Part shown: positions 32,123-40,194 of the stretch, piece after piece | Layout: the number at the start of each line of letters is the position of its first letter | Position numbering within the stretch: the stretch's first letter is position 1 | NCBI GenBank assembly: GCA_963796275.1 | Contig: CAWCKY010000002.1 | Coordinates: 1-64,000 of the forward strand | Direction of reading: 5' to 3' | DNA: 64,000 nt | Origin: an uncultured Acidobacteriota bacterium | GTDB lineage: Bacteria; Acidobacteriota; Blastocatellia; RBC074 | Program-made: the position numbers and the translations under genes | Notes under the pieces: model-generated | Told to the model about the DNA's origin: nothing | What the model saw: only the letters and a program-made list of their open reading frames with translations | The model's database searches: none

Positions 32123-35100
32123 CTATTCGTGAACAAAGAAAGGGACTTTTCCTTGAACCATCGCTCCGCGCATATTGAGCATCAATTGATTCGCCCAATT
32201 CTTTGCGCCCGCCTGCGCCGTTCGTGGAACGAATTTTCCGTCTTTCCAGACCTTTCCAACCAAGTCCCCGCGTTCGGGACGGATCATTGCGACGTGCCCG
32301 ATCCCGCCTGGATTTTTCAACACTGCAACCGCCGGCAAGCCGAAGTTGGCAAACTGTTGGGCGACGTAACTCGGTTGCAAGAGCAACGGGGGAGAGGAAT
32401 GTACGCTTCCGGCGATTCGCTCAGCAGCCTGGCGTAAATTGGCGGTGATTGCTGGGGCGTTAAGCTGCTGTCCGCCGCCCGCTTGGGATCGGGCGTGGAT
32501 CCAATTGCAGAGAGCATTATCGATCGGAATCCATCCTCGGATACGACCGTTACTGCGCAGCCAGTCCACTGTTGCGTTAGCATTTAGCTCAGTCCACTGT
32601 TTAGAATCGCGCTGATCGCAGTTGGGAAACCGTGATCGGCAAACCCAGTGAGGAATGCTTGCCCACATCGCACGCGTGACATCGTGAACATAGATGTTGC
32701 AATAAGTAGGGCCTTTGGGAACGCGTCGGTAGCGAGCATTTTCGGGAACAGACCTATCGCTCTCGCCGACGTTGAAGTAATCGAGAACAGCTTCGTAATT
32801 CGCCTTGCCACGATTCGATGGATTGTTCCACGGCGCGTCCTTGTCAATGATGTCACGACTCTTTCCTCGCTCAGGCCAGCATCTACCAGTGCCGGATGAG
32901 CAGATGGTTCCTGTGATCCCTTTCAGCGGGCCTTCTACAGGCGGAACAGTAGCCGACGATTGAGCAGGTTTTGTGGTGGGGGTTGAGGGCGATCCCCAGC
33001 GCCCGAACCTGTCTGTGATCCCTCCCCATTCCAATTCCTGACTTGGCTGTGCGGGAGCCGCCGGCAACCGCGTTTGCAAGGTCGTTCCCAACCGTTCCTG
33101 CCAGTGATGAATCGGGACCCAATTGTGCCCCTTCGCTGCGGAACGCGAGACGAAGATGTTGGGAACCTTTTTCTGTTTGAGCTTCTCGGACCGCACGCGC
33201 GTGCTGCTTTGATAATGAATGAAGAGCCGCGCGTCGGGGCGCGACTTGGCCCATTGCGCCCAGAGGTTTTCGTCGCCGGTGAAGTAGAGGCAATCGAAAC
33301 CCCAACACTCTTTGATGTGACTGGCGTAGCGGCTCTTGCCCATCGCCAATTGACGCATTGGCAGCCCGCCGCCTGAATGGCAGGCGAGGATGAGGTTGCC
33401 GAGTTGCGGACGCTGACCCTGATACGGACCGTGCGTCGCCAGCGCGGCCAGCGCCTGGTCAACGTATTTGTCTAGCCCGCCCGGTTGCGCCAGCCATCCG
33501 GTCTGCGTTTGCGAGCGCGGGCCGAGCGTCGGCGCGACGAGAAGGAAATTCTTCCCGCTTCGATTCAGTCCCTCGCGCAGAGGCCAGGTTGGGAAGTGGC
33601 TCCGGTTCCAGTAGCTGTTGACTGTCAGGTCGGCTTTAGGCTTAACGCCATGCAGGTAGATGATCAAGTCCACTTTCGGCTCCGGTCGGAAGTTCTGCGG
33701 GATGAAGATGCCCGTCATGGGCTTAGCGGGCCGTTCGGCGCCGAGGGGAATGCTGACGTAGAGCGTCTGGCCCGGCGGCGTCTGCTCCTGACCGATCAGG
33801 CTTGGTGCGGCAGCTGGCGCCGTGAATTCGTCGTGGATCGGACCGATCCCTTCATCCTCGAATTCCTCTTCAAACTCCTGGAATTCTTGGAAGATTTCAG
33901 ACTGTGGCGAAGCTTGAGGGTTGTATTCCCAATGCCACGGCTCACGTTCGTAGGGGTAGAAGCCGAAGCGGCGCGCATTCGCAACCAACCAGCGGTAGGC
34001 AGGCAAAGTCCGCAAATTGGCGACGTCGCCGCTGGAATTTTTTCCGCCCAGATAGATGTCAATGGCGCGGCCGCTCTGATGTGCACTCCCGCCGGGCGGC
34101 GCCACCCATTTGCGCGCCTCTTCCGGAGAGCCGTATTTTTGGAGGGCAGTTGCCCAGAGCCGAGCCTGGTGGGCTGGATCGCGGAAGCCGCTGGTCAGTT
34201 GCAGCAAGGGCGCTTTGATCCCGTCCGCCCTAGCCGCGCATTGCATCGCGTCGAGCGCCTTTGCCGTCAGCCTATGCAGTGGAACAGTGCCGCCGAAGGC
34301 GCGTTTGACGAGAACTATATTGCTAGCATGCGGAGCGGTCTTATTCTTCACGCGACCGCCGCCCGGATTTTCTAGCACCACCGGCGTGAATGATGCACAG
34401 ACACCGGCTGATTCAAACTCCACGGTAGGGTCTGCTGCCTCAAATTCGAACTCCGTCAGACCGGGAAAGAGCGAAGACAGCCACGGAATCTCCTTATCGG
34501 CATCGCCATCCTTCGCTGCATCGGCAGAGCTGTTACTTGTCGCCGCATCATTCGACGCTGCGCCTGGGGGACCGTTACTCGTGGCGGCATCACCGGGAGC
34601 GCCATCAGGCGGAGCGCCGGCCGCGGCGCCGTTTGTCTTTGCACTGGCGCCGCCGCGCGTCGCGGCCACGAGCGCCTGTTCGGTATCGGGGCCGACTATG
34701 CCCGTCACCGGGAGATTTTCCCGGCCTTGAAAGCTGCGAACGGCTGCGCGCGTGGGCGCACCCATTACGCCGTCGATGGGTAGGTTTAATTTAAGAAGAT
34801 TATTCAATGAGACTTGTACCCATCGGACGCGCTCGTTGCCTCTGCGTGCCTGATCGTCGCCTACTCTTTCTGGCCTCTCCGGAGGCGGCTGCGGACCGCC
34901 CGAAGGCGCGGAATCCTGCCGAGGCTCCTGAGGAGTGGGTTCAAGCCGAATGCCCGGCCACGCCGGAAAAGGAATAAGGCCAGCCGGGCGTTTGATCCGG
35001 CGTCGAGGCCGTTTGCCCGCCTGCTGTTTGCGTCCGCCGGCGAATTTGCGCTCGGTAATGGATTTGCGCCTGGCAATGGATTTGCGCGCGGCAATAGATT

Positions 35101-35263
35101 TTTGCCTGGCAGTGGGCTTGCGCGCGGAAGAAGCTGTGCGCCTCGATCTTCTGAGCTCGTCCTCATCTTCTTGTTCGTAATTGGAGTGCTGCGAGCCGAA
35201 TTCCTCTTCTTCGTAATTAAAGGGCTGCGAGCCGAAAGCTTTAAGTTCAAATCTGTTGTTCAT
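32123..35263 (-). CDS. Multidomain protein: acidic leader, basic repeats, PG-binding domain, M15B D,D-carboxypeptidase, alpha/beta-hydrolase, CHAP/NlpC-like domain
   Basis: VRWVQVSLN…DGVMGAPTRAAVRSFQ…TGIVGPDT (PG_binding_1); SGFR…PGGSAHQSGRAID…EPWHWEY (M15B); YLHG…HSGGG…FD…H (hydrolase); TYCNIYV…GHVAM (papain-like Cys/His). Confidence 0.85.
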   Translation of the reverse strand: MNNRFELKAFGSQPFNYEEEEFGSQHSNYEQEDEDELRRSRRTASSARKPTARQKSIAARKSIARRKSITERKFAGGRKQQAGKRPRRRIKRPAGLIPFPAWPGIRLEPTPQEPRQDSAPSGGPQPPPERPERVGDDQARRGNERVRWVQVSLNNLLKLNLPIDGVMGAPTRAAVRSFQGRENLPVTGIVGPDTEQALVAATRGGASAKTNGAAAGAPPDGAPGDAATSNGPPGAASNDAATSNSSADAAKDGDADKEIPWLSSLFPGLTEFEFEAADPTVEFESAGVCASFTPVVLENPGGGRVKNKTAPHASNIVLVKRAFGGTVPLHRLTAKALDAMQCAARADGIKAPLLQLTSGFRDPAHQARLWATALQKYGSPEEARKWVAPPGGSAHQSGRAIDIYLGGKNSSGDVANLRTLPAYRWLVANARRFGFYPYEREPWHWEYNPQASPQSEIFQEFQEFEEEFEDEGIGPIHDEFTAPAAAPSLIGQEQTPPGQTLYVSIPLGAERPAKPMTGIFIPQNFRPEPKVDLIIYLHGVKPKADLTVNSYWNRSHFPTWPLREGLNRSGKNFLLVAPTLGPRSQTQTGWLAQPGGLDKYVDQALAALATHGPYQGQRPQLGNLILACHSGGGLPMRQLAMGKSRYASHIKECWGFDCLYFTGDENLWAQWAKSRPDARLFIHYQSSTRVRSEKLKQKKVPNIFVSRSAAKGHNWVPIHHWQERLGTTLQTRLPAAPAQPSQELEWGGITDRFGRWGSPSTPTTKPAQSSATVPPVEGPLKGITGTICSSGTGRCWPERGKSRDIIDKDAPWNNPSNRGKANYEAVLDYFNVGESDRSVPENARYRRVPKGPTYCNIYVHDVTRAMWASIPHWVCRSRFPNCDQRDSKQWTELNANATVDWLRSNGRIRGWIPIDNALCNWIHARSQAGGGQQLNAPAITANLRQAAERIAGSVHSSPPLLLQPSYVAQQFANFGLPAVAVLKNPGGIGHVAMIRPERGDLVGKVWKDGKFVPRTAQAGAKNWANQLMLNMRGAMVQGKVPFFVHE

Positions 35264-35443
35264 CTTTGCCTCTCATTCCTCGCCTTCGCCGCTCCGTGGG
35301 AGCAGGAGGCGCCGATCTATGTGGGTATACCTGTGAGTGCGACCACAGGAACCGTGGCGCACATGCACCGGGAGCCGCGAAGAGGCGATACAGAACTCGG
35401 TTTGTCGCCCCTTCGGGGCCGGGGATTTGGTGATCAATCGTCG

Positions 35444-37147
35444 TCACTTTTTCCCGGACGACTTGGCCGGGATGAGCGCCCGGCGGCGCGACGCGGGCAG
35501 CGCGGAGGAACCGGCCTCTCCGGCTGGCAGCGCTTCGCGCACCGGAGCTGGAAGGCTGCCGCGTGTGCTTTGCCTGGCCAGCCGCTCGCGCAACAGCGTC
35601 GACGGTTGAACGTAACGAGTCGCGGCCCCTCTGGTATCCACAATGTCTTCCGACAGGTCGACGCCGGTGGCCGTTTGGTAGGCGTGGATGTAGTTCTGGA
35701 TTTCGGGCCTCCAGTAGCGCGCCCAGTTCTTGGCGGCCTCCTGGTCGTTGATGACGCTCCAGTCGCCGTAGCGGACCGACAGGATGACCTGCTCGCCGTA
35801 AACCGACAGATTGCGGAAGTGTGTGATCGTAGTGTCGGTCCAGCCCTGCAGCTTCTTCATCGAATCGACCTGCCCCATCCAGCGTTCGTGGTATGGGACC
35901 ATCGCGCGGCCACGCAGGAATTCGCGCATCTCGGGCCTGGCCAGCATCCACTGCATTGTCAGCATCTCGGCGCGTGCCGTCCACGGCAGGTCGCCGAACT
36001 GGTTGTGCGCGCCTTCAGCCAGCAGCAGGTGAACTTCGCGCAGCGAGTTGAGCAGCGGGAAGCCGTCCGCGATGACCGTCGTGTGGGAGTCTTCGTGGTA
36101 GAACCACGACGCGCGGTGAAGCAGGCCATGAAAGGCCTCGATGAATTTCGAACGGCTGTCGGCGGAGCGCAGTTCTGGCACGGCCTTTCCCTCAAGCCGT
36201 AGCCCGTAAAGGTGGTCATACTCGTAGGCGCGACGCGGTACAGTCAGGCGGTTGTACTCGTCCTGGATAAACCCCCAGAGCAGGTTGTTGAGTGGCCGCA
36301 GCGCGTCCAGCTCAAGGTTGGCCAGAGGGTCGTTCTCCACCGGGCCGCGCTTATTCTGGAAGCGTAGGCAGATGGCGTTCATTGTTTGGACCAGCATGCC
36401 CTCTTCATTCCAGTACGACCAGATCAATTCGAGCAGGCTTGGGCTACTGAACCGGTTGAGCAGCAGTTGCTCGCAGTAGTGTAGCTGCTGCGCGTTCGTG
36501 CTGACTAGCGCGTCGACGATGCGCCGGAGGTAGGGCAGGCGCGCGCCGCCCGGCAAGGTCGAGCCGAGGTAGTCGTTGAGCCGGCAGCGGATCTCGTTGA
36601 AATTGACATTTTCGCCGAGTCTCCCCTCTTCGCCTGGAACGGTGCCGTTCGGGTCAATGTCGGGTTCGCCGGTCGATGGATTTCTGGGGGGTTTGACGGC
36701 GACGCCCGCCTCGCAGAGCAGGAAGGCCTGCGTCGCCGCCTTGAGCATATTGTAGGCGTCTACCCCGTAGACGCTCGGGGCGGCCAGCAGATCACCCTTT
36801 CGATCATAAATCGAGGGGGCGCTGATCTCGCCCAGTGAAGGACCATCCACGCTGGGAGCTGTGTCAGCCGCTTCTGCCGGTTCAAGCGAGCCTCCCGGGG
36901 TATCCTCGACGCCCAGGACGCGGTCGATGAAGAACCGGTAATTGTCGAAGCCGATGGCCTCGGTGCGATTGCGGATCGCGGCCCAGAGCACCTGGTCGGG
37001 CGTCTGTGCGACATCGGGCCGCGTGAGGCTGACCCGGAGCGGTGGCCGTGGCGGTCCACCCCTGACGACGATGCAGTCTGCTAGTTGATTTTTCTGGGTA
37101 TCGATCGGGAGATCGCCCCCGGTTTGAATATCGATGTTGTTTGCCAT
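35444..37147 (-). CDS. Hypothetical protein (567 aa), probable core component of the sigma54 operon
   Basis: Long GC-biased ORF with AAGGAGG RBS, 9 bp after the previous stop. Rich in Trp/Tyr motifs (LELIWSYWNEEGML, YEYDHLYGL, NWARYWRPEIQNY); no family recognised. Confidence 0.88.
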   Translation of the reverse strand: MANNIDIQTGGDLPIDTQKNQLADCIVVRGGPPRPPLRVSLTRPDVAQTPDQVLWAAIRNRTEAIGFDNYRFFIDRVLGVEDTPGGSLEPAEAADTAPSVDGPSLGEISAPSIYDRKGDLLAAPSVYGVDAYNMLKAATQAFLLCEAGVAVKPPRNPSTGEPDIDPNGTVPGEEGRLGENVNFNEIRCRLNDYLGSTLPGGARLPYLRRIVDALVSTNAQQLHYCEQLLLNRFSSPSLLELIWSYWNEEGMLVQTMNAICLRFQNKRGPVENDPLANLELDALRPLNNLLWGFIQDEYNRLTVPRRAYEYDHLYGLRLEGKAVPELRSADSRSKFIEAFHGLLHRASWFYHEDSHTTVIADGFPLLNSLREVHLLLAEGAHNQFGDLPWTARAEMLTMQWMLARPEMREFLRGRAMVPYHERWMGQVDSMKKLQGWTDTTITHFRNLSVYGEQVILSVRYGDWSVINDQEAAKNWARYWRPEIQNYIHAYQTATGVDLSEDIVDTRGAATRYVQPSTLLRERLARQSTRGSLPAPVREALPAGEAGSSALPASRRRALIPAKSSGKK

Positions 37148-37156
37148 ATTGCCTCC

Positions 37157-38509
37157 TTAAATTTTGGCGAATGAAAATGATGGCGCGGCCAGCCGGCTCC
37201 GCGATGGTTTAGCGCAATTGATTTTGTGATTGAGCGAGTCGCGCAAAGCCCAGTAAGTGAGCATCTTTGACAAGACCCGGCTCACTTCTTCCGGGCCGAT
37301 CAGGCCTTCGAAGAGGGCCTGACCGATCACCGCGAACACCATTGCCGGCGAGGCCCGGTACATCTGAGCAGGCTGTGCCCGCCAGGATTGAAAATGTTCC
37401 CCTAAACGCGTGGGCTGTCGCTCGTCCGTTTGCAGGACTTCTTCGAGCGAAGCGCCGCGAAGAGCCTTTGGCCGGTGGTGGGCGAAGATCGTCGCCAGAG
37501 CCGGCATAGTCTTTTCGAGCAGCGCGAGAGTGCGGCGCTTCTCGCGATCTCGATCGTCCGGCGGGTAATAAGCGAGCCAGGTCTGTTCCAGCCTGTCCCA
37601 TTGCGGGTGCGGGAAGAGCGCCCGCCCGATGGCGATGCTCAAACGCACCCGGATCCAGGGAACCGGGTGCGGGTCGTCCAGATTCAGCCGGAAGACGAAG
37701 TACCGCGGCAGAGTCACGACTCCCATCAGCCCCAGCGTCGAGGTGATCCCAACTCTGGCAACCGACCAGAAATCGGCGAGGATCTCCGAGATGCAACGAT
37801 CCCAATATGCCCAAGCCTCGCTCTCCTCGCCGCCGTTGCGCTGCAACCCGCGCAGCACTTGCCTGATCGAATCGATCAGGCCGAGCAGCGCCGCGGCCTG
37901 ATGTCCGACTTCATGGATCAGCGACGACGCGATTCCGCTCCCCACCATTCGCTCACGCGGCACCCGGATGATGGCTACGGGGTTTTCGCCCCCGCCCGGC
38001 AGCCGCGTCCTTGCCCTACGGATCGCCGCGCCGTGCCCGCGATCCAGGTAACAGACCAAGCCGGGCGCCCGGTAGTAATCGCCCGACACCGAAAGGGCGT
38101 CCGCCGCGACGGCGTCCAGTCCCGACAGCCAAACCCCGGTTTCGTGCTCGCTGCGCTGCGTCAGCGCGTCAGCGAAGATGTCGAATTGGGACAACGTGAC
38201 GTTGAACTGAAGTCGCAGCATTCTGAAACGCTGGTGCGCCACTTCGATCGAAGCCGATTGCCCTGCTGGACCGCGCAGCCAGTCGAGGTAGCGGAGCACC
38301 AGCCGGTGGAGTTTGCCCCGGCCATCGATCAGGTAACGGTCGATGGCGCTCAGCAAACCCGGGGACAGTGCCGCCGCCGGGACCATCGTTTCGTGTAGGG
38401 CGAACGGCTTGACCTGACCCAGTCGTGACAGTAAGGCCTGTGCCTCCTGATCGAGCAGACCGAGGGCTGGTGAACGGGCCAGGAATGATTTGGCGAGTGT
38501 GGCGGTCAT
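37157..38509 (-). CDS. Soluble HEXXH zinc metallopeptidase-like protein (M48/gluzincin-like motif order)
   Basis: LIHEVGHQ…SEILADFW…DPHPVPWIR; no signal peptide and no clear multi-TM region; starts 3 bp after the upstream stop. Confidence 0.8.
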   Translation of the reverse strand: MTATLAKSFLARSPALGLLDQEAQALLSRLGQVKPFALHETMVPAAALSPGLLSAIDRYLIDGRGKLHRLVLRYLDWLRGPAGQSASIEVAHQRFRMLRLQFNVTLSQFDIFADALTQRSEHETGVWLSGLDAVAADALSVSGDYYRAPGLVCYLDRGHGAAIRRARTRLPGGGENPVAIIRVPRERMVGSGIASSLIHEVGHQAAALLGLIDSIRQVLRGLQRNGGEESEAWAYWDRCISEILADFWSVARVGITSTLGLMGVVTLPRYFVFRLNLDDPHPVPWIRVRLSIAIGRALFPHPQWDRLEQTWLAYYPPDDRDREKRRTLALLEKTMPALATIFAHHRPKALRGASLEEVLQTDERQPTRLGEHFQSWRAQPAQMYRASPAMVFAVIGQALFEGLIGPEEVSRVLSKMLTYWALRDSLNHKINCAKPSRSRLAAPSFSFAKI

Positions 38510-38512
38510 GGC

Positions 38513-39283
38513 TCAGGCCCCCATAATGACAATGGATTTACCGCGACGGATCCAACGCCCGGTGGCTTTATGCGAACACCTCTTGCCGTTGGTGTGACCT
38601 TCGGGCCTGCCGGCGGTTTGGCTCGCGGCTGGGCGGAGCAATCCGGGGGCGTGCTCTTGGGCGGCGGACGTCAGCGCGGCTTGCGCGGCCTGCAGCGGCG
38701 GCATCGATCCAGGGGCCTGAGCGGCGTTCTGTGCGGCGGCGCCTGACAGGCGAACCACCTGCTTGGCGACCTCGAACTCCTGGTCTTCGTAGCTCAACCC
38801 TTCAAGCTCCAGCCCTAACATTTGGCCCCCGGCCGAGGCTAACTGGCCCCCAATGGCGCCCCCGACGCCCGGCAAAAGGAAGTTGCCTGCGGCGCTGCCC
38901 AGCATCGGCATAGCCGTCTTGGCGACGCCCTTTAACGCCCCACCTAAAGCGCGACCGACCGGCGACTCGATAGCTTTACCAAACTTGCGGCCGATCTTTT
39001 TGAAGAGTTTACCGATGAACTGATCCAGCTCGGCCTCGTTCGAGATGGTCAGCAACTCAGCCGCCAGCTCCATCTCTTCTGCCTCGCTGAACGGGCTTTC
39101 CATCGCGTATTCGCCCATGTACTCGCCATCGGTTTCAGACTCCTCGTACTCCTCGCCTATGTATTCGCCGTCGGTTTCAGACTCGTGGTCGCCTTCAAGC
39201 TCGTATCCGAATTCGTCGGTCTCAAATTCACCGTCATACTCGCCGTAGTTCGACTCCAGGTTTGTGCGGTCAATGTTGTGCAT
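38513..39283 (-). CDS. Acidic-leader protein with central cationic/Gly-rich amphipathic segment (first gene of the operon)
   Basis: AAGGAG RBS; Glu/Tyr-rich N-terminus, then FIGKLFKKIGRKFGK…GGQMLG, then LELEGLSYEDQEFEVAK, ending GRWIRRGKSIVIMGA. Confidence 0.9.
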   Translation of the reverse strand: MHNIDRTNLESNYGEYDGEFETDEFGYELEGDHESETDGEYIGEEYEESETDGEYMGEYAMESPFSEAEEMELAAELLTISNEAELDQFIGKLFKKIGRKFGKAIESPVGRALGGALKGVAKTAMPMLGSAAGNFLLPGVGGAIGGQLASAGGQMLGLELEGLSYEDQEFEVAKQVVRLSGAAAQNAAQAPGSMPPLQAAQAALTSAAQEHAPGLLRPAASQTAGRPEGHTNGKRCSHKATGRWIRRGKSIVIMGA

Positions 39284-39369
39284 AAATTTCTCCTTGTTGA
39301 CTTCGTTGACTTCATAGACTTCGGTTTATGGTGCGGGCTGCCCGGATACCGAGCGGCGATCGTTGCTTC

Positions 39370-39386
39370 TGCATCGGGCGTGCCAG
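39370..39386 (-). promoter_or_regulatory. Sigma54 (-24/-12) promoter
   Basis: Minus strand CTGGCACGCCCGATGCA is GG-N10-GC, matching TGGCACG-N4-(T)TGCW, ~87 bp upstream of the ATG at 39283. Confidence 0.85.
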
Positions 39387-39389
39387 TGG

Positions 39390-39402
39390 TAAGTTATTGA
39401 TT
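39390..39402 (-). promoter_or_regulatory. IHF-binding site
   Basis: Minus strand AATCAATAACTTA is an exact match to WATCAANNNNTTR, just upstream of the -24 element. Confidence 0.7.
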
Positions 39403-39409
39403 TTTCGTG

Positions 39410-39519
39410 CGGTGAGGACGAAAAGTGCCTCGATGAGGCGAAAAGTGCTTCGGTGAGGCGAGAAAAGTGCTTCGGTGAGACGAAAAGTGCTTTGGTGCAA
39501 CGTATGGTGCTTCGGTGAA
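39410..39519. repeat. Tandem 20-22-bp repeat array (GAAAAGTGCTTCGGTGAGGC-like, ~5 copies), candidate enhancer sites
   Basis: CGGTGAGGACGAAAAGTGCCT CGATGAGGCGAAAAGTGCTT CGGTGAGGCGAGAAAAGTGCTT CGGTGAGACGAAAAGTGCTT TGGTGCAACGTATGGTGCTT CGGTGAAG. Confidence 0.85.
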
Positions 39520-39699
39520 GATGGAACTCGAGGAATCTGGCGAAGTTATCTTCGGAAGACCCTAACCCCCTGTTGCAGACCGTTCCATAAAATATGGTCG
39601 AATATGACTCATACTTTACGCCGGCGCTTTTGTTTATTTGCCGCCGGCAGTTTCGCTCTCTGATTGACGCGCGATTTGATCTCAGGCGCTCCGGCGCGT

Positions 39700-40046
39700 T
39701 CTAGAGTCGGCCCCGGAACGGTCACCGTCCTGATCTTCCCATCCTGAGATGAGGCATTCCGGTGTTCCAAGCGGGACTAGTACCTTTCGACAAGAATCAT
39801 CCTGACGGTCTCTTTAGGCGTATAAAGAGTGATCCTCGGATCATTGACTCTTGCCTTCTGGTTGATTGCCGCGATCACATCCGCATGGCCCGCGTGCCAG
39901 CATTTGACGCACTGAAACCTATCTCCCTTGCGATTCGCCTTACTCAAATAACCGCAAGCGGGACAGGTTTGCGAGCTGTATGCCGGATTGACCTGCTCTC
40001 GACGGCATCCTGCCGCCGACGCCTTGAAGCCGATCCTTTCCCTCAA
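39700..40046 (-). mobile_element. TnpB 3' remnant (Zn ribbon + RuvC-III) with probable downstream element end
   Basis: VNPAYSSQTCPACG…RFQCVKCWHAGHADVIAAIN; the N-terminal part is missing. Confidence 0.8.
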
Positions 40047-40194
40047 CGCGTGTCGATGCCAATAACTCTCATCGTCGGCGCCGTGATAACCTATATCAGA
40101 GATATGATCCTTAATGATCGTCCGAGTAAATCGTGAGTAACGTGAAACCGGGCCAGTGGTTTCGGGTAAGGAGAGAGTAATGCGCCTGCCGGCG

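Noticed and set aside
29672-35263. Vancomycin-resistance (vanY) or prophage lysis cassette
   Set aside because: No vanHAX/vanRS, holin or phage structural genes are present, and the M15 domains are parts of larger tagged proteins.
34814-38398. Long plus-strand ORFs (462 aa, 322 aa)
   Set aside because: They are antisense to well-supported GC-rich genes and have no motifs.
39410-39519. Tandem repeats as a CRISPR array
   Set aside because: The units abut with no unique spacers and there are no cas genes; the position fits a regulatory array.
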